DNA of 64,000 bases from an uncultured Phycisphaerales bacterium. GTDB taxonomy: Bacteria > Planctomycetota > Phycisphaerae > Tepidisphaerales > Tepidisphaeraceae. Positions 42,935-56,673 of this stretch are shown piece by piece; positions within the stretch are counted from its first letter, which is position 1, and each line of letters starts with the position of its first letter. The notes under the pieces were generated by a model. That model searched no databases. It was given only the letters and a program-made list of their open reading frames with translations, and was not told where the DNA came from. The stretch is taken from NCBI GenBank assembly GCA_963758525.1, contig CAVWVQ010000003.1, positions 128,001 to 192,000 on the forward strand. Reading direction: 5' to 3'. A program made the position numbers and the translations under genes.

Positions 42935-43240
42935 ATGAGCATTTATCGCCTTTACGTTCAAAACGGCAATAACGCCGGCTTCTGGATTCAACATCGGAGC
43001 TGGCAGAACAAGTGCGCACAGGTGGAAAGCATCGCCGGGATTCGGAAAGGTCCGCTGCCGGGCAGCGCGCCCACGCATGATGGCTCGGGCGTCCTCGTGC
43101 GATTTTTCGACGTGCGCAGCGGGCGTCCGGTTGGCGCAAGCGCTTTGGCCGATCGACCCGAAGACCGGGGCTACGTGTCGATTGCCGACCCGCCCTGGTA
43201 CACCCGCCCGGTTCAGCAAGAAGTCGCCGCAGAAGGGTAA
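42935..43240 (+). CDS. hypothetical protein
   Basis: 101 aa, ATG start, fills the gap before the convergent trpF. Confidence 0.5.
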   Translation: MSIYRLYVQNGNNAGFWIQHRSWQNKCAQVESIAGIRKGPLPGSAPTHDGSGVLVRFFDVRSGRPVGASALADRPEDRGYVSIADPPWYTRPVQQEVAAEG

Positions 43241-43264
43241 ACCATTTTTCCCTCCGTCCTTCCT

Positions 43265-43975
43265 TCACTTCGTGCCTTGGTGCCTTGGTGCCTTGGTGCC
43301 TTCCCCATCCCCTTCCCGCACGGCCGCGACGAAAGCTTCGATCTTCTCCGGCGACTTCTGCCGGCGCAATTCTTCCACTCCGCTGCTGACATCCACCGCG
43401 TACGGCCGCAGAGCGCGGACGATGCCGCCGACGCTTTGCGGCGTGAGCCCGCCGGCGGCGATCAGCGGCGGCAGGCCGTCGAAGAGCCTTGCGGATTGTG
43501 CTTTCAGCACGGTCTCCCAGTCATTCGCCAGCCCGGTGCCGCCGGGCTCCGGAGTGTTGCCGGTCTCCAATAGGAGACCGCGCAGGTTATCCAGTTCGCG
43601 AGTCGGGATTTCTCGTTTCCACATGGCCAGCGCATCCGCGAAGGTCGATTTTTCGACCTTCACCGCCTTGAGGACGACCAAGGGCTTCACACGCGCGACC
43701 AGTTCCGGGACTTCTTGGCCATGCAGTTGCACGGTGCCGATTCCCAGTGTTCGCGCAGTGTCGAGAATTCCATCGACCGATGCGTCAACAAACAGCGCAA
43801 CTGCCGTCACAAAGGGAGGAAGAACGCGCAAGATCGCCCGCGCCTGATCGATGGAGACGCTGCGCGGCGATGGCGAATGGAATACCATGCCGATCGCATC
43901 GGCGCCGCACTGAACGGCCCAGGCGGCGTCTTCAGGTCGGCAGATGCCGCAAATTTTGATCCGGGTGCGTCGCAT
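43265..43975 (-). CDS. trpF: phosphoribosylanthranilate isomerase
   Basis: RIKICGI, SPRSVS, VQLHGQE, GGTG, AGGLTP, VDVSSGVE. Confidence 0.95.
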   Translation of the reverse strand: MRRTRIKICGICRPEDAAWAVQCGADAIGMVFHSPSPRSVSIDQARAILRVLPPFVTAVALFVDASVDGILDTARTLGIGTVQLHGQEVPELVARVKPLVVLKAVKVEKSTFADALAMWKREIPTRELDNLRGLLLETGNTPEPGGTGLANDWETVLKAQSARLFDGLPPLIAAGGLTPQSVGGIVRALRPYAVDVSSGVEELRRQKSPEKIEAFVAAVREGDGEGTKAPRHQGTK

Positions 43976-44022
43976 GAGGCCGTCCGCTAAGATAACGCCA
44001 TCTTTAGCGGAGAGGCAATCCT

Positions 44023-45522
44023 ATGGCGGCGAAGAGCTATCTGGCGTTTGATCTGGGTGCCGAAAGCGGCAGGGCGGTATTGGGAACGCTCGAGAACGGA
44101 AAGCTCTCGCTCGAAGTCAAACATCGCTTTGCCAATCCGATTGGTCGCCTGGGGGGCCATCTCTACTGGAATTTGCTTTCTCAATGGGAGGAACTCAAGA
44201 CCGGTTTGCGGAATGTTGCGGGCGTGAAACTCGACGGCATCGGCGTCGACACCTGGGGCGTGGATTTCGCCCTGCTCGGCGCGGACGGGTCGGTTCTCGG
44301 TAATCCGTTTCACTACCGCGATACGCGGACTGACGGCGCAATGGAACGCGCGTTTGCGATCGTGCCGCGCGAAAAAATCTTCGACGCCACCGGCGTGCAG
44401 TTCATGCAGATCAATTCGCTCTATCAACTCCTGGCGACCGATCCCACCCTCCTGGCCGCGGGGAAGACGCTGCTGTTCATTCCAGATCTGTTCAACTATC
44501 TCTTTACCGGCGTGGCAAAGAGCGAATTTTCGATCGCGTCGACGAGCCAGATGTACGACCCTCGCAAAAAGAAGTGGGCAACCGAGTTGCTGGAGAAGCT
44601 TGGCATCCCCAGCCACTTGCTCGCGGAAATTGTCCCGTCGGGAACGGTTTTGGGTCCGTTGCTGAAGGAAATTGCCGCCGAGTGCGGAACGCAGGGAACG
44701 CCGCCGGTGATCGCGCCGGCGTGCCACGACACCGCCAGCGCGGTCGCGGCAGTTCCCGCGGAGGGAAGGGATTGGTGTTACATCAGCTCCGGCACCTGGT
44801 CGTTGATGGGCGTCGAGCTCGACGAGCCGGTGATCAACGAAAAAACGCTGCGATACAACTACACCAACGAAGGGGGCGTTGGGGGAACAATCCGCTTTCT
44901 CCGCAACATCATGGGCCTCTGGCTGGTGCAGGAATGCCGGCGGCATTGGGTCAAGGAGGGCTATGACCACAGCTACGGCGAATTAACCGAGATGGCATCG
45001 CGCGCGAAGGGCCATCTGGCGCTGCTGGATCTGAGCTATCCGCCGCTGGCGTTTCCCGACGACATGCCGAAAAAGATCGAGCGCTATTGCCGCGAGACGC
45101 ACCAGACCGTTCCGCAATCCCGCGGCGAGATCATTCGCGTCTGTCTCGACGGTCTGGCCCTGAGCTACCGCCGGACGCTCGAAGGTCTCGAGGACGTGCT
45201 GGGCCGGAAGATCGCGACGATTCACATGGTCGGCGGCGGCGTGCAGAACCAGTTGCTCAATCAGATGACTGCCGACGCATGCAACCGCCCGGTCGTCGCC
45301 GGCCCTGTTGAAGCAACCGCGATCGGCAACGTCCTCGTGCAGGCGATCGCCACCGGCGACGTAAAGTCGCTGGCCGAAGCGCGGGGAATCGTGCGCGAGA
45401 GCTTCGAAGTGAAACGCTTCGAGCCGCGCGAGTCTGCAACATGGGATCGAGCCTATGCCAGACACATGGAGATCGTCGCCCGGCACGAAGAAGAGAGGCG
45501 CCAGCCCCAGGGAAATTACTAA
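44023..45522 (+). CDS. rhaB: rhamnulokinase / FGGY-family sugar kinase
   Basis: AFDLGAESGR, GVDTWGVDF, HYRDTRT, HDTASAV, ISSGTWSLMG, GPVEATAIGN. Confidence 0.85.
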   Translation: MAAKSYLAFDLGAESGRAVLGTLENGKLSLEVKHRFANPIGRLGGHLYWNLLSQWEELKTGLRNVAGVKLDGIGVDTWGVDFALLGADGSVLGNPFHYRDTRTDGAMERAFAIVPREKIFDATGVQFMQINSLYQLLATDPTLLAAGKTLLFIPDLFNYLFTGVAKSEFSIASTSQMYDPRKKKWATELLEKLGIPSHLLAEIVPSGTVLGPLLKEIAAECGTQGTPPVIAPACHDTASAVAAVPAEGRDWCYISSGTWSLMGVELDEPVINEKTLRYNYTNEGGVGGTIRFLRNIMGLWLVQECRRHWVKEGYDHSYGELTEMASRAKGHLALLDLSYPPLAFPDDMPKKIERYCRETHQTVPQSRGEIIRVCLDGLALSYRRTLEGLEDVLGRKIATIHMVGGGVQNQLLNQMTADACNRPVVAGPVEATAIGNVLVQAIATGDVKSLAEARGIVRESFEVKRFEPRESATWDRAYARHMEIVARHEEERRQPQGNY

Positions 45523-45523
45523 G

Positions 45524-45824
45524 GAAGGCACGAGGCACGGAGGGTGAGGAAGTAAGAAGGGGGAACAAAGGCACGAAGGCACGGAGGCACGAAGGCACGA
45601 AGGCACGAGGCACGGAGGGTGAGGAAGTAAGAGACGGGAAGTAGGAAAAGACCGATGAACAGAAGCACTCCTCACAAAATCCCCTTCCTTCCCTTCGTGC
45701 CTTCGTGCCTCCGTGCCTTCGTGCCTTCGCGCCTTCTTTTGTGTCCCCCTTCCTTCCCTTCGTGCCTTCGTGCCTCCGTGCCTTCGTGCCTTCTTCTCTG
45801 CCCCCCTTCCCTCCCTCCGTGCCT
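45524..45824. repeat. composite AGGCACGA array with inverted array
   Basis: Forward 45524-45632 (includes a 34-bp exact duplication, 45524-45557 and 45599-45632); reverse TCGTGCCT arrays ~45692-45824. Confidence 0.85.
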
Positions 45825-45835
45825 TTCTCATTCCC

Positions 45836-46784
45836 ATGAAAATTGATTGCCACGTCCACATCTCCGCCTGCACGCCCGGCCATGGATCGATGTCGCAGCG
45901 GCTGCTCAAAAGCCTTCCGTTTCGCTTCATGCGCTGGCGGCTCGGGATCGAGGGGAACGACGAGAAATCTGAACGCCGGCTCGAATCGCTGCTTGCCCAG
46001 ACCATCGATCAGACACGCGAGCTCGACGCGGCGGTGGTGCTTGCGTTCGATGCGGTGCACGATCGCGACGGCCGGCTCGATGAAGCTAACACGCATCTGT
46101 ACGTCACCAACGACTATGTCATCGAACTGGCTCAGCGCCATCCGAAGATGCTTTTTGGCGCGTCGGTGCATCCGTATCGCAAGGACGCGGTGACGGAAAT
46201 CGAACGCTGCGTCGCGGCGGGCGCGGTCCTGCTCAAATGGCTGCCGATCGTGCAGAATTTCAACCCGGCAGATGAACGCTGCTTCCCGTTCTACGACGCG
46301 TTGGCACATCACCAATTGCCGCTCTTGAGTCACACTGGCGGCGAGAAGACGCTGCCGCGGCTCGACGAATCGGTAGCCGACCCGATGCTGCTCGTCCCGG
46401 CACTCGAGCGCGGAGTGACGGTGATTGCCGCGCATTGCGGCACACGCTCCTGGTGGGGCGAGCCGGATTATCTCCCTCAATTCATCCGCCTCGCGCGAGC
46501 ACGAGCACCTGTACGGCGACACCGCCGCGCTCAATGTGCCGTCGCGGTGGTACGCATGGGAGACATTGCTGAAGGATGCGGTCGTGCGGAACAAGCTCGT
46601 TCACGGCAGCGATTGGCCGATCATCTCACTGCCCCGGACGAACACGCTCGGGCTCGGCAAGTCGATCACGATGATGCGGGAGAAGAACTGGATGCGGCGC
46701 GACGTTTTAATCAAGCAGCAATTGGGCCTCGATGACGCATATTGGAATCGTGCCGCGAACGTGCTGCGGCTGCCGAACGCTTGA
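45836..46784 (+). CDS. amidohydrolase_2 family protein (frameshift at ~46495)
   Basis: IDCHVH, SVHPYR, LSHTGGE, IAAHCG, YGDTAAL, VHGSDWP. Confidence 0.85.
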
Positions 46785-47158
46785 AGGATGCGATCCGCGT
46801 CGCTTCAATAAATACGTTGCGCCCGACCGCAATTCGCATCAGCCCGCTTCTTCGGGGCGTGCCCGAAAATCCGGAAGCTCAGTATCCGCCCTACCGCGGC
46901 CAAGAACTAGCATCAGGTTGTTGCAATTCGTCAATTTGCCGTCTTACTGCACGGCGGATGTCAGCAACATCCGCGCCCTGATAGGGAGAACCCGAGAACC
47001 ATTACTGGCGCGAGGGGACCAGAGGCGTTCTCCACCAACAAAAGTTACACCTTCGTGAGGCGTGGCACTCAATTCCCGCTTTTCCGCTCCGGGAGAGAGA
47101 GCTGGGTGAGGAAACGACCCATTCCGCCGGCCTATCATCCTTCTACGGCAACGCGATC

Positions 47159-47186
47159 TTGACGGGGCGGCCGGTCCCGCGAGAAT
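47159..47186 (+). promoter_or_regulatory. possible sigma70 promoter for the leader ORF-secA unit
   Basis: TTGACG-16 nt-GAGAAT. Confidence 0.35.
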
Positions 47187-47207
47187 AATCGCACGTCTGG
47201 CGTGCAA

Positions 47208-47510
47208 ATGACCTCGAACAGTCGACGAATCATGGCGGTGATGGTGGTGACGGCGGCGCTGTGCGCCGATCAGGTCGTGGTCGCTGCGCCAACATCCCCC
47301 CAGCCGACTGAATTTGGCAGCATCGCGCAACGCCTGGTCGGGAGACTGGCGGAAAACTTCCGCAATGTCATCCCGGCGACGCGCTGCTGGGCCGCGCGCA
47401 GGACGGTGGGTCAGATCGCACTGCCGGATTCGATCGGCGCGGCCCAAACCTTGACTGCCCGTCGACAGACGTCTCCCTTCCAGTTTCGGCTGCCTCCGCC
47501 GACGCTCTGA
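47208..47510 (+). CDS. secA leader ORF, candidate secretion-monitoring arrest peptide
   Basis: Signal-like N-terminus (RRIMAVMVVTAAL), C-terminus SPFQFRLPPPTL, 104 nt upstream of secA. Confidence 0.65.
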   Translation: MTSNSRRIMAVMVVTAALCADQVVVAAPTSPQPTEFGSIAQRLVGRLAENFRNVIPATRCWAARRTVGQIALPDSIGAAQTLTARRQTSPFQFRLPPPTL

Positions 47511-47614
47511 CTCCCAATCCCGGGGCCGACCGGCTCTCTGAGCCGGAGCTGCGCCGCCCCTGTCGGTTCTGATTTCCCGTCTTTCTATTGGCATTTTGGT
47601 ATTGGAGTCGCGTC

Positions 47615-51574
<3,960 letters not shown>

Positions 51575-51678
51575 GGCGCGGCATCCTCAGCGCGTGCCTC
51601 GCACTCGATCGCACTCGCCAGCGCGAACTGCATTTTTGAGCATACCGCCTGCCGGCATTGAATGATTGAGGAGCGATC

Positions 51679-51924
51679 ATGATGGCTTTTACAAAACAAG
51701 AAAAGGAAATCGTGGACCGGTTCCAGCAGTTGCCGCCGGAGCGGCAGCGGCATGTCATGCTCCTCATGTTTCGGACTGACACCGACCGTTGGCGGCGATA
51801 TCAGCAGGACGGCGAACAGCAGCTACGCAGGCTGGCAGCCGAACGCGGACAGGATTGGGACAAGCTGGATGACGAACAACGGCAGGACCTGGTGAGCGAT
51901 CTGCTTCATGAGGATCGTCCATGA
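51679..51924 (+). CDS. putative antitoxin
   Basis: 81 aa; ATGA overlap with the PIN gene. Confidence 0.6.
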   Translation: MMAFTKQEKEIVDRFQQLPPERQRHVMLLMFRTDTDRWRRYQQDGEQQLRRLAAERGQDWDKLDDEQRQDLVSDLLHEDRP

Positions 51925-52352
51925 AGCTCGTGGTCGTATTCGACACGAGCGTTCTGTTCTCTGCGATCGGCTGGAGCGGGAAACCAAGCCAATGCGTTTA
52001 GTTGGCCCGCGACGGCCGTATCGAAGGCGTGACTTGCACGGAAATTCTGGATGAATTGGCTGACAAGCTTTCCATCAAACTCGCGTTCAGCAACCAGCAG
52101 CTCATTGAGGTCATAGGTTCACTGCAGATCTTCCTGAAACCGGTTGCAATCACCGGACAAATGACCGGTCTTTGCGCTGATCCGAAGGACGACATGGTTC
52201 TGGAATGTGCGCTGGTTGCGGGAGCGACCCATGTGGTGAGCAGCGACAAGAAGCATCTGTTGACTCTTCAGCAATTTCGTGGAATCGGTATCGTCTCCCC
52301 CGCGCAACTTATTGGACTAGTTACCGCGTTCGCGCCGCCAGCAGGCACGTGA
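51921..52352 (+). pseudogene. PIN-family toxin with in-frame TAG at codon 27
   Basis: MKLVVVFDTSVLFSA...SQCV*LARDG...DPKDDMVLECA...VVSSDKKHLL; TAG at 51999-52001. Confidence 0.75.
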
Positions 52353-52417
52353 ATCAGACCTTGTCTTCAGCGGCACGTCCGAAACTCCGATAACGAGCGT
52401 AGCTGTCCCTGGCTCGC

Positions 52418-53580
52418 ATGCTTGCGCTCAATCACCGTCAATTTTTTCCGATTGGCATCGACATCAGTTTCGATGTCGTGCGCATGGTGCAGCTCTGCCG
52501 CCATCCGCGCGGCGGACTGACGATTGGCGCGCGCTGCGCCGGCCGATCGTGGCGGCTGACAGCGCTTCCGCACGCGTTCGCGCGGCGGCGGAGGCGATTG
52601 CCGGCGTGCTGTCGATGGGTGAGTTCCATGGCCGCCGATCCGTCGTCTCGCTTCCCTCGGAAATGATTCATACGCGGACGGCGCGCCTGGCTGCCGTTCC
52701 CGCGAGCGACGCGGCGATCCCCGATGCACTTCGCGATGCTTTCGACATCGATCTCGCTTCGGCGACGGTCCGGCTGATCCATGCCGGCAGCGTGCGGCAT
52801 TCGCTGCCCGAAGGAGAGGAAGTGATCGCGCTGGCCGTGCGCAACGACGATCTCAACGAGTTCACCCAGCAGATTCACGACCGGGGTGTGCGTCCGATAT
52901 CGATGGAGATCCGCGCCCTCGCGCTGCACCGCGCGGCGCTGCGCTGCAGCGATGACGCCCCCGCGACGGCGCTGCTCGAGGTGGGCGGCGACTGGGCGCG
53001 GCTTCTGATCGCCCGGGACAGAAACGTCAGTTTTCTCAGGAGCATTCCCGTCAGCACCGCGGAGCTCACCAGTTCCCTGGCCAAGATGCTGTCGATCAGC
53101 CTTGATGAAGCCGGTGAGCTTCGCCGGCGAACGCTCAGCAGCAGCGCAAGCGTTCCGGAAGATCGCAATGATCCGGTGCGGCGGGCCGTCGCTGACGCCG
53201 GGCGGGCGCAGATGGAACTGCTTGCCTCGGAGGTTGCGCGATGTCTGCGCTATAACGCCGTCACGTTCCGCGGACGCCAGCCTGCGTCGCTGCTGCTGTG
53301 CGGGCCTGAGGCTCACGATCCGCAGCTCCATTCGCTGCTTTCCGCGCGCACCGGACTGGCGGTGACGCTGATGGACCCGTTTCGAAACATCGACACGACC
53401 GTGATGCGCGCCGCGGATCGCACCGGCAACCGCTCGGAATGGGGAGTTGCGCTGGGTTTGGCGCTGAAGAAGGTCGATCGCCACAGCAGTGCCGCCGCGC
53501 CATCCGCGGGCGTGCCCTTGGCCGAAACTCACGCCGCGGACGGGCCCGAGCCCCGGACAACGGAGGCTTCCGTTGCCTGA
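52418..53580 (+). CDS. pilM: PilM-like actin-fold protein (frameshift at ~52531)
   Basis: PIGIDIS..VRMVQL, ALLEVGG, LASEVARCLRY, WGVALGLALK. Confidence 0.7.
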
Positions 53581-54163
53581 CCTGGAATTCATTCCCGCGT
53601 GGTATCCGAAGCTGCAGCGCCAGGAACGCACCTTCTGCGGTTACATCGTCCTGACGCTCGCCGTCGTCGGCTATATCTGCTGGTGCTGCAATTTCACGCA
53701 CGTCCAATTGGCGTCCGCCGCGGCGGAGGCTTGGGCGCTGGACGCACAATTGAAGGCGGAAGACGCGACCACCCTGGACCCGGCCAAAGCCGCGGCGCAG
53801 GTCAGTCAACTGCTCAATGCGGCCCAGGGCATCGCAGAAATCCGCGGCCGAACCCCGCTTTCCCGCGATGTGGCTTCGATCACGGAAACCGTTCCGCCTG
53901 GAGTGCTGCTCACCGAGCTCACAGTGGAACCTTCAGATGCATCGGCTTCGTCCACGCAACCAGCGAAAGACGAACTTCTTGTCCATCTTCGCGGCCGGGC
54001 GCCGCGGGTTGCGGATGTCGCCAACTGCCAGGCGGCGATCAGCCGGCTGCGCTGCGTCACGCAATTGCGGCTCTCCGCCGCCCGCGATCTGCCGGGGCCT
54101 GGGAATGTGTCGCGCGAATTTGAAATGACCTTCGTGCTTGGCGCAGCCGGGGGAGGCAAATGA
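53573..54163 (+). CDS. PilN-like protein
   Basis: GGAGG then TTG at 53573; DLEFIP (INLLP-like) N-terminus, TM, VPPGVLLTELTV, VHLRGRA, EFEMTF. Confidence 0.65.
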   Translation: MPDLEFIPAWYPKLQRQERTFCGYIVLTLAVVGYICWCCNFTHVQLASAAAEAWALDAQLKAEDATTLDPAKAAAQVSQLLNAAQGIAEIRGRTPLSRDVASITETVPPGVLLTELTVEPSDASASSTQPAKDELLVHLRGRAPRVADVANCQAAISRLRCVTQLRLSAARDLPGPGNVSREFEMTFVLGAAGGGK

Positions 54164-54711
54164 AGATGGTGCAACTGGTTCGCCACCTTCAGCGTTTAAA
54201 CCGGGCGCAGAAGCTCCTGGGCGCCGCGGCACTGCTGGCGGCGGTTTCGATGTGCACGTTCGACCTGCGAACGTCGGCGCGTCAGGCCGCTTTTCTCGAC
54301 GCTCACGCAACTGATACCCGCGCCGACTGGGAAACAAGGCGATCCCGCAGCGCTGCCGCGCGCACAGCGCTCGATGAAGCTTCGCGCATTCATTCCACAA
54401 TCCGAAACATGGCTCCCGACATCAGTCAGGATCTGCTTGCCTCGGAGCTGACCGCTCTGGCTCGCAGCACCGGCGTCCGACGGCTCTCGGTTCAAAACTC
54501 ACTGGCAGGCAGCTTTCATTCGCTGAGCGACTGCCCGGTTGTCCTCGATTTCCAGGGCGATCTTCCCACGGTCATGCGATTCCTGCGCGACGCCGAGGCC
54601 GGCCCGCGTCCAGCGCGGCTGCAGAGCGTCAAGATGAAGGCGATCGACGCCAGGCAATCGCAGTTCGAGGTGCAGGCATCGCTCGATTTTTATGGATCGG
54701 TCGCGCCGTGA
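54160..54711 (+). CDS. PilO-like protein
   Basis: TM plus coiled coil, ELTALARSTGV, PVVLDFQGDLPTVMRFLRDAE. Confidence 0.7.
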   Translation: MKMVQLVRHLQRLNRAQKLLGAAALLAAVSMCTFDLRTSARQAAFLDAHATDTRADWETRRSRSAAARTALDEASRIHSTIRNMAPDISQDLLASELTALARSTGVRRLSVQNSLAGSFHSLSDCPVVLDFQGDLPTVMRFLRDAEAGPRPARLQSVKMKAIDARQSQFEVQASLDFYGSVAP

Positions 54712-56248
54712 AGGGCAGGACAAGTCGATCGACGCGCGGACCGATGAATGCTGGACAGTTGTCTTCCGGAGGGAAGATGAAAGCGAGTTGGGTGTGGGCC
54801 GTACCAAGTTGGTCTTCGCCGGTTCGCTCGCCTCGCTGGCGAGCGGCGTCTTCGCGCTGACCTGGGCGGCGCTCCATTCGGACGGCACAGTCGCGGCTTC
54901 GCACGCGCAACTGGCCGGCGCGCTCTGCTGCCTGGTTTCGGCGATCTGCGGAGTCGCGATGATGGCGATCCTGCGCCGGGACTGCGATCGGCTCACCACG
55001 CGCCTCCGCCAGACCGACGCGCCCCTGCACAGCGCCGCCCTATCGATCCCGCAAGGGGGCTTCTCGTTTCTCCAGCGCGCTCTCTGTGAACTGGCCGAGT
55101 CCGCCGAGAGGGCCGTCAATGACGCCGCATTTCGCACCAAAGAGCTGGAAGTGCAGCTCAAAGTCGCCACCGCGGAGCGGCAACATGCCGAAGCGATTAT
55201 TTACAGCATTTCCGATGCGGTGCTGGTCACGGATGCGTTCGACGAGCTTGTGCTGGCCAACGAGTCGGCGGCGCGAACGTTCGGCTTCGAGCTGCGCGGC
55301 TGCTCTCGCAAGCCGCTCGACCAGGTGCTGCATGATCCGGCGATCATTGGCATGATCCGCCACGCGCGCCAGAGCAACAGCGGCGCTCTGCGCCGCGTGA
55401 TCGAGCACTCGCTCCGCACCAGCGCCGGCGAGCGCACGTTCAAGGTGACGCTGTCGTCCATCGCCGGCCCCAGGACGCTGGACGGAACCGACGGGGCGGC
55501 GGCGCCCGCCGGCGTCGTCGCCGTTCTCCACGACATGACCCGCGAGAAGGAAGTCGCGGAGATGAAAAACGATTTCGTCTCGATGGTCAGCCACGAGCTG
55601 CGCACGCCGCTGGCGAGCATCAAGGCGTATGTGGAAATGCTCATCGATGGAGAAGCCCGCGACGCCAAGGCGCAGCGCGAGTTCTATGAGGTGATCCAGA
55701 ACGAATCCAACCGTCTGGGTCGGCTGATCGACAACATCCTGAGCATCGCCCGCATCGAGTCGGGCCTGGTGCGGGTGACGCGCCAGCCGCAGAGCCTGAC
55801 GGTCATCCTGAAAGACGCGATTGAAGTGATTGCGCCCCAGGCCAGGCAGAAACAGATCACGCTCACCGAAAAGCTCACGCCGGTTTTTTATCAGACGTCC
55901 GCCGACCGCGACATGCTCCATCAGGCGGTTCTGAATCTCCTGTCCAACGCCGTGAAATACACGCCCGTCAACGGGTCGATTTCCGCCGAGGTGGACGTGG
56001 ATGAGGCTGCCCGGAAGGTGATCGTCCGGATAATCGACACCGGAGTGGGGATTCCGCCGAAGGACGTGCCGTTTGTGTTCGATAAGTTCTTCAGGGCCGA
56101 AGCCAACAACGGGATGGCTTCGGGCACCGGGCTTGGGCTCTCGCTGGTCAGGCACATCATCGAAACCGTGCATCACGGCCGAATGCTGCTGGAGAGCCAG
56201 GTGGGCAAAGGCAGCATGTTTGGCTTCGAGCTGGATTTGTGTGAATAG
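54692..56248 (+). CDS. two-TM PAS sensor histidine kinase (start may be ~100 nt downstream)
   Basis: PAS SISDAVLVTD; SHELRTPL; NLLSNAVKY; DTGVGIP; GTGLGLS. Confidence 0.92.
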   Translation: MDRSRREGQDKSIDARTDECWTVVFRREDESELGVGRTKLVFAGSLASLASGVFALTWAALHSDGTVAASHAQLAGALCCLVSAICGVAMMAILRRDCDRLTTRLRQTDAPLHSAALSIPQGGFSFLQRALCELAESAERAVNDAAFRTKELEVQLKVATAERQHAEAIIYSISDAVLVTDAFDELVLANESAARTFGFELRGCSRKPLDQVLHDPAIIGMIRHARQSNSGALRRVIEHSLRTSAGERTFKVTLSSIAGPRTLDGTDGAAAPAGVVAVLHDMTREKEVAEMKNDFVSMVSHELRTPLASIKAYVEMLIDGEARDAKAQREFYEVIQNESNRLGRLIDNILSIARIESGLVRVTRQPQSLTVILKDAIEVIAPQARQKQITLTEKLTPVFYQTSADRDMLHQAVLNLLSNAVKYTPVNGSISAEVDVDEAARKVIVRIIDTGVGIPPKDVPFVFDKFFRAEANNGMASGTGLGLSLVRHIIETVHHGRMLLESQVGKGSMFGFELDLCE

Positions 56249-56268
56249 CAACTGTTTGCGGAGATACG

Positions 56269-56673
56269 ATGACGGACAAGACGATTCTGGTTGCCGACGA
56301 CGAAACGCATATTCTCAATGTGGTTGCCCTCAAGCTGCGCAATGCGGGCTTCAACGTGCTGACGGCTCAGGACGGGCAGGAGGCCCTTGAAATTGCGCTG
56401 GCCGAGCATCCCGACATGGTCATCACCGACTATCAGATGCCGCTGCTGTCGGGCCTGGAGTTGAGCCGGCGTCTGCGTGGCGAGCCGACGACCGCCGCGA
56501 TCCCGGTGATCATGCTGACCGCCCGCGGCTACCACCTCGAAGAGCACGACACGCGGGAGAGCGGAATCCTGCGCATGCTGAGCAAGCCGTTCAGCCCGCG
56601 ACACCTGCTGGCGACCGTGAACGAAGTGCTCGGCGGAGTTTTGGCGGGCTCGATTGCCAGCGGAGACCAATGA
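56269..56673 (+). CDS. single-domain response regulator
   Basis: ILVADDE, ITDYQMP, MLTAR, SKPF. Confidence 0.93.
   Translation: MTDKTILVADDETHILNVVALKLRNAGFNVLTAQDGQEALEIALAEHPDMVITDYQMPLLSGLELSRRLRGEPTTAAIPVIMLTARGYHLEEHDTRESGILRMLSKPFSPRHLLATVNEVLGGVLAGSIASGDQ

Noticed and set aside
45524..45632. Two 34-bp repeats 41 bp apart resembling a CRISPR repeat-spacer-repeat
   Set aside because: Both the repeats and the spacer are built from the AGGCACGA unit
51999..52001. Amber recoding (pyrrolysine) in the PIN gene
   Set aside because: TAG is used as an ordinary stop elsewhere (e.g. secA, 16990-17478), and no pyl genes are visible
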